Source: a virus
Taxonomy: Duplodnaviria; Caudoviricetes
Strand: one strand, 5' to 3'
Virus record (IMG/VR): IMGVR_UViG_3300014204_013734
Span: 160,001 to 224,000 of that record
Length of the DNA stretch: 64,000 bases
Shown: piece after piece, positions 27,606-37,038 of the stretch
Layout of the letters: every line of letters starts with the position of its first letter
Numbering within the stretch: position 1 is the first letter of the stretch
Made by a program: the position numbers and the translations under genes
The notes under the pieces: generated by a model
Database searches by the model: none
What the model was told of the DNA's origin: nothing
The model's input: the letters and a program-made list of their open reading frames with translations, nothing else

Positions 27606-29084
27606 ATGTTCAGTATCAACAACCCCTTTTTGAAAATTGTCCAGGAAGCCCTTGAAGATACGGTTAGAAATTCCAAGATGTATTTCTTGGACAAGGACCC
27701 TGTGCGGAATGCACAGGGTTGGTATACTTGGAAATTGTCCGAAGTTAAGGGTGCAGGTGGAATCTGGCAGATGGAATTTTCGGTCAAGGAATCTACCGGG
27801 GAAGCTTTGGTGCAAGTGTTTCCGATTGGGTGGACTGCCCCTGGAAATTCCTCCGTCACGAGTAAGTCACTGTCTGGGTCTGTTGGGGATATACGGTTGA
27901 ATGTAGGTGAGGCGATCAAGTCTGGGATAGACAGGGCGCGGAAATATTCATTTTTCCAGAAATTCCTTCAGGAAAATGCGGGGGGTACTGGTGAATTTGA
28001 ACGGACATTCAAGGAAAACTTGATAAAAGCCACCCATCGTTTTGATGGTCTCAGTTTTTCATCTCAACAACCCATTCGGAACGTTAACGGAAGATTAACC
28101 TGGGAATTGACCTGGGATATGGGGAACGCTTTTGCTTTTGGAAAATGGGACATTGTGTTGACTGTTGAAAAAGAACAGGGAAGGGTTGAAGCGAAAATCA
28201 AACCTTTTGGTTTCACTTCTTCCGGCGTGGTTATCCCCTATTCCGTCAAAGCTTGGCCCTTTTTTGATGTTGGTGCATTTCTTTTGGACGGCGTCCGCAA
28301 AGCCAAAAGGTCCGGTCTTTTCCAGAAATTCCTTCAGGTAAAGAAGGGATCCAAAGTTGCTTCTTTTCCTTCCGTGGTAAGTCCGGAAACCAAAAGAATA
28401 GTGAAGCCTTTGATGGCGGATCTTTTCAGGAAATCCCAAAAAGACCCATGGGTAGTGGCGGATGCTGCTTATATGGTTTCGGCCGCTTCTGGGGTACTGG
28501 CGGGGTGCTATGCCCATTGGTCCAGACGTTTCCCGGTCATCAGCGAAATGTTTATGGAAACGGATCGTTCAAGTGAAAAAATCAACACCCTTTGGGAATC
28601 TTTGATGCCTGATCTAGAGAATAATTTTACCCAGGTTTCTGCGAGCCGTGTTGCTTCCCGCCATTTGGAAGCACAGGTTACGAAAGATGTTTGGGTTTAC
28701 TATGACAGGACAGCCATCTATTTTGAATTTGATTGGCCCTTGTATCCGATGGATTGGATCCACAACATCCCGAAGCAGGCGGATGCCTGTCGGACGGCTT
28801 TGGAAAAGGCGGTAGATCTTCTTCAAAAACAATTCGGGGGCAGGGAAAAGAAGGTTTCAGACAAGGCTAAGATGTACTACAGTATCCGGGACGAAGACGG
28901 ACGGTTGGTGCTGACTGGTTCCGCGCCGGCAGCGAACGGTGTGTTTGGTTTGGACGTTCCAGCAGAGGTACAGGATATTGGGGGGACGGCGGATTTCGAG
29001 AAGGCTCTTTCGGAAACTTTCCACAAGGCCGGTTGGACCGTCAAAGATCGGGATGATCTGATAGATTGGGACGACTTGGTGTAA
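27606..29084 (+). CDS. Multi-domain protein (tandem N-terminal repeat; C-terminal domain like 26796-27251)
   Basis: Two repeats each ending FQKFLQ; SRVASRHLEA linker; C-terminal LVLTGS..NGVFGL matches VYLTGR..VGVFGI. Confidence 0.7.
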   Translation: MFSINNPFLKIVQEALEDTVRNSKMYFLDKDPVRNAQGWYTWKLSEVKGAGGIWQMEFSVKESTGEALVQVFPIGWTAPGNSSVTSKSLSGSVGDIRLNVGEAIKSGIDRARKYSFFQKFLQENAGGTGEFERTFKENLIKATHRFDGLSFSSQQPIRNVNGRLTWELTWDMGNAFAFGKWDIVLTVEKEQGRVEAKIKPFGFTSSGVVIPYSVKAWPFFDVGAFLLDGVRKAKRSGLFQKFLQVKKGSKVASFPSVVSPETKRIVKPLMADLFRKSQKDPWVVADAAYMVSAASGVLAGCYAHWSRRFPVISEMFMETDRSSEKINTLWESLMPDLENNFTQVSASRVASRHLEAQVTKDVWVYYDRTAIYFEFDWPLYPMDWIHNIPKQADACRTALEKAVDLLQKQFGGREKKVSDKAKMYYSIRDEDGRLVLTGSAPAANGVFGLDVPAEVQDIGGTADFEKALSETFHKAGWTVKDRDDLIDWDDLV

Positions 29085-29183
29085 GGTTTTCTAAAGGAAT
29101 TGGTTCATGAAACAATCGGAAATTACCAAGTTTGTCCAGCGGATCCGGGTGCCTTTGAAGAGTTTGAAGAAGGTAGAAGTTTG

Positions 29184-29540
29184 ATGTCAGATGAAATCGT
29201 GAAGCACTTTCAGGGGTTCAAACCTAACCCTACGATCCGTGAAGTTGCCGCTAGGCAGGAAGAGGATGTGGACATCCCTGACCCGGCGGAAAATGCGTTT
29301 GTTGCTTGTCTTCCCGGTGATGCGGATCATCCTTTGGATGACCCCAACCCGTGGTTATCAAAGTTGCCTTCCACGATACAGGTGGCGTTGGCCACAGGTC
29401 TGTCAGAAGAAGAGGAACGGAAAGCTAGGCGAGCTTTGGCCGTCCACGAACGGCTGGAAGGTGCCCAGTATCCAGAATCTGGAAGTCAGATCCCCCCGGT
29501 CGCCAAACGGACTTTCGGAATTAGGAAAGCTGACGTTTAG
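29184..29540 (+). CDS. Hypothetical protein
   Basis: ORF in operon orientation; start uncertain (29100 or 29184). Confidence 0.55.
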   Translation: MSDEIVKHFQGFKPNPTIREVAARQEEDVDIPDPAENAFVACLPGDADHPLDDPNPWLSKLPSTIQVALATGLSEEEERKARRALAVHERLEGAQYPESGSQIPPVAKRTFGIRKADV

Positions 29541-29674
29541 TCAGTTCCGGATTTTTTCATCCGTCCAGTTGGTTTGTCCGTTGTGACAGTAGTTTCAGGT
29601 TGTTTTTTCTGGCCAAGCACTTCACGATTCTTCTTTTCCTTGGCCCGCTTCCTCTTGTCACGTCCTTTTCCCAT
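29537..29674 (-). CDS. 45-aa basic peptide (not in the ORF track)
   Basis: GAGGTG RBS then MGKGRDKRKRAKEKKNREVLGQKKQPETTVTTDKPTGRMKKSGTD*. Confidence 0.45.
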   Translation of the reverse strand: MGKGRDKRKRAKEKKNREVLGQKKQPETTVTTDKPTGRMKKSGTD

Positions 29675-29938
29675 GTCACCTCTTGTCGCCAGTTCCAAGT
29701 TCAAGATACGGCCTTGCCAGTGTTCAAGGCCATATCCGGACCTATTTGTGGTCCATCGTTGTTTTAGGGGGTTTGCGTTTCACGTCTCATGCTATGACTA
29801 TTTTGGGTCCTCTTCATGGATTTGTCAAGGGGTTTTTGGAAGGTTTTCACTTTTTCAGGAAGGGGTTGCCAAAAATTTCTGGTAACTACCTTATCTAATC
29901 GCCTTTGTTGGGGTAGGTTCTTTTGGAGGAGGTTGGAC

Positions 29939-30169
29939 ATGGCGGGTAATATTGTTCGGGTATACGCTTATGTGGATGATGAAGGCAACCCATTTTGGTC
30001 TTTTACAAAATATCCGCAGACCGTTTCACCGTCCAAGCGGTTGTTCCTCCAAAGCCGTATCGGCATAACTCTACCTGCGTTCACCCGGTTTATCCGGGAA
30101 CAAGGGGAGGAAATGTTGGCGGCGTTGGAAGGGGAAGAGGAAGGGACGGAATCGACAAATGTATCTTGA
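29939..30169 (+). CDS. Small hypothetical protein
   Basis: GGAGGAGG RBS before ATG 29939. Confidence 0.65.
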   Translation: MAGNIVRVYAYVDDEGNPFWSFTKYPQTVSPSKRLFLQSRIGITLPAFTRFIREQGEEMLAALEGEEEGTESTNVS

Positions 30170-30188
30170 CAAAGCAAAAGGAGAACCC

Positions 30189-30554
30189 ATGACCGAAGAA
30201 GCCAAGAATGAAGAAACCGTTGTGACCGAAGCTGTTGTGTCCCAGGAAGCAGAAACCCCGCCGGAAGCTATCGGCGAGCCCGTCCAGGATCAGTCAATTA
30301 TCGGCGAGTTGGAACAGAACGAAGTTGCCTTGCTCAACGCCTTGGCGCAGAAGCAACGTGCTCTGACGTTTCAGATCGGGGATATGGAAGTCCGGAAGGC
30401 GATGACCCTCGGTCAGATGCAGGGGATTGACAACCAGGTACGTACGGTTTACCAGAACGTAGCGGTTCGGTTGGGTATCGGGGATAACGTTCAATGGAAC
30501 ATCACCCCGGACTTCAAAGTTCGCGTGCTGCCGGTAACCGGCATGGCGTCCTGA
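30189..30554 (+). CDS. Hypothetical coiled-coil protein
   Basis: AAAAGGAG RBS. Confidence 0.7.
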   Translation: MTEEAKNEETVVTEAVVSQEAETPPEAIGEPVQDQSIIGELEQNEVALLNALAQKQRALTFQIGDMEVRKAMTLGQMQGIDNQVRTVYQNVAVRLGIGDNVQWNITPDFKVRVLPVTGMAS

Positions 30555-30561
30555 GGTTAAA

Positions 30562-31980
30562 ATGGGCTGGGGTCCGGGACCAAACGACCAACCCATCCCC
30601 CCACAGAATGTAATGTTGGTCCGCCCGTCCATATCGGGCGTTCACCATGGGGTTTGGGATATTAGATGGGATGACCCATCCCTCCTGGCGCGTAATGCGG
30701 CTTGGACGGTGGTGGGCGTCAACATTTACAGGTCGGACGTTTCGGACCTCGGCCCGTTTTACCGAATCAATGAATTCCCCGTAGGTGGGGGTTTCTTTCG
30801 GGACATCACGAAAAACGTCAGGACGATTGAGACCGTTGACTGGAACACCGGATGGCTTTCAAAGGGCGATTCGCCCAATGACCGCCGATGGGTCATTAAG
30901 ACTACGAATCCCATCGTCAAAGAAAATTCAGAACCTCCGTTTGATAGGCCGATTCCTGCCAATCTTCCTTCTGATGTTCACGTCTACATTGATGGGGTTG
31001 AGGCAGGTGTAGACAATGTGTTTGGACCATCGGGGGAAGTCAAGCTCATTGACCAGGAAACGTTTGATACCATCACGGAAAAGATTATCCCTCCGGTTCT
31101 TCCTACCACTGCTACTTCTGTTGTTGAAATCGTGTATTTCCGAAACATCAATCACATCCAGACCGGTCTTGAATCGGGGGTGTTTTACAGGCTGACGACA
31201 GTTGTGATTGACGCTACAAAGCCTAGCGGGTACAACGAAACGGATCTGGATTGGTGTAAACCGGCAGTAGCAAACGTGGTGGAGGAGTTGGATTACATCT
31301 GGCGTGAAGCAGTCCGCCGGAACCAGTGGATACTCCAGCAGGGTGGGGAACGGGTCAAGATTTTCATCAGACGTCAGTCTGGGATTCCTTGTGATTGCGG
31401 GCTGGATCCTCGCCAGTTGGAATATTCAGGACAGCCTTCTAATAGGTGTCAAAAATGTTATGGCACATCTTTTGTTGGCGGCTTCGAGGGCCCGTATGAG
31501 GCCCTTATCGCCCCTGACGATGCTGAACGCAAGATTTCACAGCAACCTACGGGTCGTAGGCAGGAACACATGTACGAAGTGTTCATGGGTCCTTCTCCTA
31601 TGGTATCCATGCGTGATTTCATCGTGAAGCAGAACAATGACAGATACACCATCGGGGCAGTCAGGCGCCCGACGAACCGCGGGAACCTGCTTCAGCAACA
31701 TTTTAGTATCAATTCAATGGATGGTCAAGACATCCGTTTCATGGTCCCCATTGACGGAGTAGACACTTTGGTATTCCCACAGACACGTTATGGCAGGCGT
31801 CAGGTCCCGGCTATGCCGGTTGACGGTGAACTTCGTATGTCCCCGTCTACGCAACCGGATAAACCCGCGTATCCTCTTGGTCCCGATGCCCAAACCCCGA
31901 TGCAGACGGACAAGCAACCTTGGGCTGAAGGGACACAGCAACGCGGTAGGACTCCGAGTTGGGAGAATTCAACCGAATAA
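30562..31980 (+). CDS. Putative neck/head-closure protein
   Basis: EAVRRNQWILQQGGERVK, CDC..CQKCYGT.FVGG, RDFIVKQNNDRYTI; position in the morphogenesis module. Confidence 0.55.
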   Translation: MGWGPGPNDQPIPPQNVMLVRPSISGVHHGVWDIRWDDPSLLARNAAWTVVGVNIYRSDVSDLGPFYRINEFPVGGGFFRDITKNVRTIETVDWNTGWLSKGDSPNDRRWVIKTTNPIVKENSEPPFDRPIPANLPSDVHVYIDGVEAGVDNVFGPSGEVKLIDQETFDTITEKIIPPVLPTTATSVVEIVYFRNINHIQTGLESGVFYRLTTVVIDATKPSGYNETDLDWCKPAVANVVEELDYIWREAVRRNQWILQQGGERVKIFIRRQSGIPCDCGLDPRQLEYSGQPSNRCQKCYGTSFVGGFEGPYEALIAPDDAERKISQQPTGRRQEHMYEVFMGPSPMVSMRDFIVKQNNDRYTIGAVRRPTNRGNLLQQHFSINSMDGQDIRFMVPIDGVDTLVFPQTRYGRRQVPAMPVDGELRMSPSTQPDKPAYPLGPDAQTPMQTDKQPWAEGTQQRGRTPSWENSTE

Positions 31981-32008
31981 AATGTTCAATGATTTCAAAG
32001 AGTTATGA

Positions 32009-32617
32009 ATGGCCATCAAGGATGCCAGCCGGGTTAGGGCGACTTATGGCCGTACCTGGGCCAAGACGGGGAAGCTTGAAGTTTCCAAGGAATTCCTTGA
32101 CGAGATTGGTCTGCTGATTGTCAGCATTGTCCGGACGGAAGCCCGTAACGAATTTGCCAAGCGTGGTTGGTCCGGCAAGGACCCGATGGGCGGACCGGAT
32201 ATTGGGGATTCCTTCAAGCATGAAGTTGTCGGGGATTCTACCATCGTCATCAAGTCGTCCTTTTATGGCATTACCGAACTCACGTCGGATGAAGGAATTC
32301 CCGAACGTCGCATGACATGGTTGACGCAGAACAGGTCGGGATGGAAACCTCCTACCAGGAAAGCTATGGTAAAGGCTCCAAAACCAAAAGGGACCAGGAA
32401 ACCTTTGGTCGTTCCTTTGACGGCTTCCGACGGGGAAGTGATTTTCCGGATGGCCCCGTTAACAATGGCGGACGCGTGGATACATCCTGGGATCGCCCGA
32501 TTCACATTTATGGAACGTGCCTTGCGTAAGGGACGGAAACTGTGGGAAAAGATGATAGCTGAATGGACAGTGGAAGTGATTGCCGGGGGTTTTGAGGAGG
32601 CGACCAAACGTGGTTGA
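32009..32617 (+). CDS. Hypothetical protein, possibly tail-completion
   Basis: C-terminal WIHPGIARFTFMERAL resembles HPG..F motifs of neck/tail-completion proteins. Confidence 0.45.
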   Translation: MAIKDASRVRATYGRTWAKTGKLEVSKEFLDEIGLLIVSIVRTEARNEFAKRGWSGKDPMGGPDIGDSFKHEVVGDSTIVIKSSFYGITELTSDEGIPERRMTWLTQNRSGWKPPTRKAMVKAPKPKGTRKPLVVPLTASDGEVIFRMAPLTMADAWIHPGIARFTFMERALRKGRKLWEKMIAEWTVEVIAGGFEEATKRG

Positions 32618-33197
32618 AGCCCGTATCATATGTTTGGTGCCGTCCATCCGTATTCCGGATCTTGATTTGACTTTGGCTAAGGACCAGGAAGCTTACGTGG
32701 ACGAAAAGGCTGCCAAAGGTTCCCTTGATTTGGATGTAGCCCGCCGGGCCGGCGGAGTCCAATTGCATTGGGTAGAACGTAGCCGAATCGTTAAGTCCCC
32801 CGACCCTCCGGTGCCGCCTGTACGTGTGGATCCGCCAAAACGAGGATTCCAGTCGTTTCCAGCAGAACGGTTGGAATTGGATTTGGATGACTTGGCCAGT
32901 CGTGTTGCTGAACGGATGGTTTCCAAGACTAGGGATTCAGAAACGAACAGCAAGATAGACGCCCTCCTTGAACTGGTTGGAAATCTTCGTCAAGAAATTG
33001 CAGGGGCTTCTGTTGCATCGGGTCAGTCCCGTGGTAGGGTAACAGTTGAGGATGACACCCCTGTGTTCATCCCTGGCAAGTTGGTGAACGAAGATTTGGG
33101 GACCGTGGAAGTGAAGACAGACGATTCAGATTCCGGTGATGGTTTGGATAAGGCGGCGGAAGTCTTGAAAGCATTACGGAAACGCAAGAAGAAATGA
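32610..33197 (+). CDS. Hypothetical protein
   Basis: GAGGAGG RBS before GTG 32610; basic C-terminus; coupled to the actin-like gene. Confidence 0.65.
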   Translation: MVEARIICLVPSIRIPDLDLTLAKDQEAYVDEKAAKGSLDLDVARRAGGVQLHWVERSRIVKSPDPPVPPVRVDPPKRGFQSFPAERLELDLDDLASRVAERMVSKTRDSETNSKIDALLELVGNLRQEIAGASVASGQSRGRVTVEDDTPVFIPGKLVNEDLGTVEVKTDDSDSGDGLDKAAEVLKALRKRKKK

Positions 33198-33208
33198 GGA
33201 GAACCGCC

Positions 33209-34237
33209 ATGGCGGACAAGACAGAAAAATCAAATAATTCCAATAGGTTGCCGGGCAGTGGTTTAGATTGTGGCACTATGAATATTGTTTCAGCCAGACG
33301 AGGCCCTTCTGGTATCATTACGAAACGGATGCGGGACGTGTTCCTAGATCTTCCCTTAAGTGCGAAGAAGATGTTGAAGTTATCCAACGCCAGTTTCGTG
33401 GAACGGCCAGACGACGTCCTCATCCTGGGCGATGCGGCCCTGGAAATGGCCAACGTGTTTGGGAAGGATCCTCGCCGTCCATTGGCCCAGGGTATTATTT
33501 CTCCCAGTGAATCGGAAAGTTTGGAAGTTTTGGGGTTGCTCGTCAAGAGTGTTCTTGGTGACCCTATTGTTCCGGGGGAACATTGTTACTTTTCTGTTCC
33601 TGCTATGCCGGTTGACAGGACAGATAAGGATGTCATTTACCATCGTGGGGTGTTTGAACGCATTGTCAAGGAATGTGGGTTCACGCCACATTCCGGCAAC
33701 GAGGCGATGGCCATCATCTATTCGCAGACGGCGGAAGAAGGCTTTTCCGGGATTGCCCTTTCCTTCGGAAGCGGTATGACAAATGTCGCACTTTCGATAA
33801 ATACCGTAGAAGGGTTGACTTTTTCGGTCGCCCGGGGCGGGGATTGGATTGATGCCGGCGCGGCGCATGCCATTGGGCAGACGCCTGCCCGCATCTGTGC
33901 CCTGAAGGAACGCGGGTTTGACCTCATAAGCCCTGTCGGCAGGGAACAGGAAGCCTTGGCTTTCTATTACAAGGAAGCCATCAACTATGCTTTTGACCAG
34001 ATCGAAGCCCAGTTCAAGGCGGTCAAGGACAAGTTCTCCCTTGCGAAGCCTATCCCGATGATCGTGTCGGGCGGGACTTCCCTTGCCGGTGGCTTCATGG
34101 ATTTCTTCACGGGAGTTTTTGAAGCCCGTCGGAAGAAGTTCCCCATTTCCATTTCGGTCATCCGTCAGGCATCTGACCCCTTGAATGCCGTGGCTCATGG
34201 TTTGCTGGTGCAGGCGATGCAAGAGCACGAACAATAG
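33209..34237 (+). CDS. Actin-fold ATPase (MreB/ParM/FtsA-like)
   Basis: GLDCGTMNIV (phosphate 1), NEAMAII, LSFGSGMTNV (phosphate 2), GGDWID, IVSGGTSL (adenosine), DPLNAVAHG. Confidence 0.85.
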   Translation: MADKTEKSNNSNRLPGSGLDCGTMNIVSARRGPSGIITKRMRDVFLDLPLSAKKMLKLSNASFVERPDDVLILGDAALEMANVFGKDPRRPLAQGIISPSESESLEVLGLLVKSVLGDPIVPGEHCYFSVPAMPVDRTDKDVIYHRGVFERIVKECGFTPHSGNEAMAIIYSQTAEEGFSGIALSFGSGMTNVALSINTVEGLTFSVARGGDWIDAGAAHAIGQTPARICALKERGFDLISPVGREQEALAFYYKEAINYAFDQIEAQFKAVKDKFSLAKPIPMIVSGGTSLAGGFMDFFTGVFEARRKKFPISISVIRQASDPLNAVAHGLLVQAMQEHEQ

Positions 34238-34307
34238 TTTCAGTTCTTGGCGGAATCCGTGGTGGATTTTGTTAAGTTTGATAGACAGACAAAGGAAGGC
34301 AAGGATC

Positions 34308-34712
34308 ATGAAAACGTTTGACGAAATCTACAAAGACACGGATTCATTGGACGACAAGGCCCTCTTGGATTCCTTGCGGGAAGAATCCAGGTGCAAGCTG
34401 GCGTCGGAAAAGTTTCTCCACCAATTCGGTGATCTGTTTGCTGCTGTTGAACACAACAATGTTCGGGTGTCTGATGTCGTCACGTCTGTGACCATTTGGA
34501 CGGACTTGCGGAAAAACTATCCAGAATACGTGGATCCTGAAACGGAACTGTCCGTTCTGAAGGATGGCAGGATGGGAGGTTTGTGGGGCGCCAATGTGTG
34601 GGTTGACAAGACGGTGCCTCCCAACCATATCCGCGTCTATGGAGAAGATGACCCGGCGTTCGCATCCGAATGGCCCAAGTTCGCATCTGCAGCGGAAAAG
34701 TTGTGGACCTGA
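34308..34712 (+). CDS. Stand-alone paralog of one major capsid protein domain
   Basis: Aligns without gaps over about 65 aa to the capsid protein at 2833-3717 (see findings). Confidence 0.7.
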   Translation: MKTFDEIYKDTDSLDDKALLDSLREESRCKLASEKFLHQFGDLFAAVEHNNVRVSDVVTSVTIWTDLRKNYPEYVDPETELSVLKDGRMGGLWGANVWVDKTVPPNHIRVYGEDDPAFASEWPKFASAAEKLWT

Positions 34713-34761
34713 ACTTCTACGGCAAAAGCCATTTGACGACCGAACAAAGGAGTTTTTGAAT

Positions 34762-35655
34762 ATGACCGAAAAGAAGACATTTCAACCATTTCCTGTTCAG
34801 CGGGTCATCATCAAGGCTTTTCGTGGCATTCAATTGGATTCCGTTGCCAAGTTCAGCATCCTGTCGGATTGGAAAAAAGGGAAGAAGGAAACCGTTACTG
34901 AGACGTCCCTCCTTCATTACCTTCACGATGAAGGCATGTGCAACACTTGGAAAATTGAAGTTGGAAGACCCTTCCAACAACTCGTTCTTTGTGCTGGACG
35001 TCGGGCTGGCAAGAGCTTTGTGGGGCACCGTCTCGTGGCGGATGCTTTCAACGAATTACGGTCTACGGATGATTTCCGAGTCGGTTTGGGTCTTGGGGAA
35101 GAAGAAGACCTGAACATGGCGGTTGTCGGCGCATGCAAGGAAATGACAGATTATTCCATGAATGCTATTTGGGATAATTTGAAGGGGGATGATTCGTTAG
35201 CACGGGTTGTCGGACGGATTTCAGATCCTAAACGCCGTTGTCGCATTGTAGCCATGTCGGCTTCCGGCAAGGCGTTGCACGGCAGTAAGAATTATTTCAC
35301 CTTTCTGGATGGAACCATACACGGCCCGAACCCCGATAAGGTTTACAGGTTGGCTCTGATGTCCGGTAAGGGCTTTAAGGGGTCTGCGGAAAGTAAAGTT
35401 GTGTCTGTATTTTCTCCGCCGATCATGCAGAAAGGTGCTGATTTCGCTTACAGGTTTTGGTTGTCGGCCCACCAGGATGCCGGGAATACCCTTTGTTTTC
35501 GCATCCCTTCTTGGGTGATGAACCCGACGATTTCCCGGGATGTGTGGAAGCAGGAAGCAGATCGTATGGACGAAGCCGTATTCCGGGCGGAATACGGGGC
35601 TGAATTTGTTAGTGCTGATGGAAAGCCGTGGAAAAATACAAAGGACCTTTACTAA
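34762..35655 (+). CDS. Truncated terminase large subunit paralog (ATPase domain only, degenerate)
   Basis: PFPVQRVIIK (Q motif), LVLCAGRRAGKS (Walker A), FTFLDG (Walker B without Glu), RIPSWVMNP, FRAEYGAEF, then stop. Confidence 0.75.
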   Translation: MTEKKTFQPFPVQRVIIKAFRGIQLDSVAKFSILSDWKKGKKETVTETSLLHYLHDEGMCNTWKIEVGRPFQQLVLCAGRRAGKSFVGHRLVADAFNELRSTDDFRVGLGLGEEEDLNMAVVGACKEMTDYSMNAIWDNLKGDDSLARVVGRISDPKRRCRIVAMSASGKALHGSKNYFTFLDGTIHGPNPDKVYRLALMSGKGFKGSAESKVVSVFSPPIMQKGADFAYRFWLSAHQDAGNTLCFRIPSWVMNPTISRDVWKQEADRMDEAVFRAEYGAEFVSADGKPWKNTKDLY

Positions 35656-35674
35656 GCGTTGACGGGAGGATTCT

Positions 35675-37009
35675 ATGCTTCATCAATGGGCTGGATGGGA
35701 AGTAGATCTACTGTCGGCGACACGCCCTTGGCTTCCTGCATCCGATCTTATTAGTTTGTTCAAGGCGTGCGGATCCGTCAGATCCAAAGATTCTTTGAAC
35801 AACAAGGCAACTGCTCTTGGTATTGACATACGGGGGCACAATGCCGAAAAGGCACTGTCAGCGGTCATCAAGTCAAAAATCCCACAAAACCTGAAACAAT
35901 TGGCGGTTACGTTCCTTGGAGGGGTTCCTATCGATACGTCGGAAATCGGGGATCCTTCAAAGGTAGCTGACCGAGTGGAAATTGACAAACTTCGGGGTAG
36001 GGTCCGGTCCCTTGAAAAGGACTTGGAAGAAGGCACCTATTTCGGCAAAATCGTGAAGGATCTGTTTTCCAAACCGGTTTCGGTTCCGGATTGGGTTCTG
36101 GCAGCCCCCAAGAAGAAATCAGGGAAGGTAGCGACCCCCCAACTGCTCATCAGTGATTGGCATTATGGGGAAGTCGTGGACCCGAATGCCATTTGGGGAG
36201 TCAACGAATACAACCCAGAAATAGCTGTCCGGCGCCTGCACCGTGTAGCACAAGCTGCTACCTCCATGTTCAAGGAATACTTGTCGGGATGGCGGTATGA
36301 CGGCATCATAGTCCCCTTGGCAGGGGACATGATTTCCGGCAAGATTCATGCAGAGTTGGAACGTACAAACGCCGAACAGTTGACTGATTCCGTTTTGTCC
36401 TGGTCAGCCGAATTGGCGCGTATGCTTACTGTCCTGGCGGATGCCTTCGGCAAAGTTTACGTTCCAGCGGTAGTTGGAAATCATGGCAGGGAAGATCTTA
36501 AACCTTCCATGAAGCAGGCCGTGGCCCGGAACTACGATTATCTGTTGTACCGACTTGTGAAACGGGAAGTGCATAATGATCCCCGTATTACGGTGGATGT
36601 GTCCCTTTCTACTTCACGTAGGTACACGGTTTACGGGCAGGGATACCACTTGATGCACGGTGACGATTTCAAGGGTGGTAGCGGTATTGCCGGTTCCTGG
36701 TCCCCTTTGAAACTCGGAGAACACCGGACGACGCAACAGTTCATGGATTTGGGACATGATTTTGAGTCTGGGTGTTTGGTTCTTGGGCACTTCCATCGTC
36801 GGATGACCGATATTGGTCTGATTGTCAACGGGTCAGGGATCGGTTACAATGAATTTGCATTCCGGAAACATTACAAATTCGAAAGACCCCAGCAGGCGGC
36901 GTGGATCACAACCCCGGAAAATGGCCAGACTTTGGAATTCCCTGTATTCTGTGATTCCCACGAGGAATACGAAGCCCAGATAGTTGCCGCCAGACTCTTG
37001 AACAAGTGA
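35675..37009 (+). CDS. Calcineurin-like metallophosphoesterase with N-terminal HTH/coiled region
   Basis: SDWHYG, AGDMISG, VGNHG, MHGD, LGHFH. Confidence 0.88.
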   Translation: MLHQWAGWEVDLLSATRPWLPASDLISLFKACGSVRSKDSLNNKATALGIDIRGHNAEKALSAVIKSKIPQNLKQLAVTFLGGVPIDTSEIGDPSKVADRVEIDKLRGRVRSLEKDLEEGTYFGKIVKDLFSKPVSVPDWVLAAPKKKSGKVATPQLLISDWHYGEVVDPNAIWGVNEYNPEIAVRRLHRVAQAATSMFKEYLSGWRYDGIIVPLAGDMISGKIHAELERTNAEQLTDSVLSWSAELARMLTVLADAFGKVYVPAVVGNHGREDLKPSMKQAVARNYDYLLYRLVKREVHNDPRITVDVSLSTSRRYTVYGQGYHLMHGDDFKGGSGIAGSWSPLKLGEHRTTQQFMDLGHDFESGCLVLGHFHRRMTDIGLIVNGSGIGYNEFAFRKHYKFERPQQAAWITTPENGQTLEFPVFCDSHEEYEAQIVAARLLNK

Positions 37010-37038
37010 AGGAGGTAGATTACAAATAATTTCCTTAT

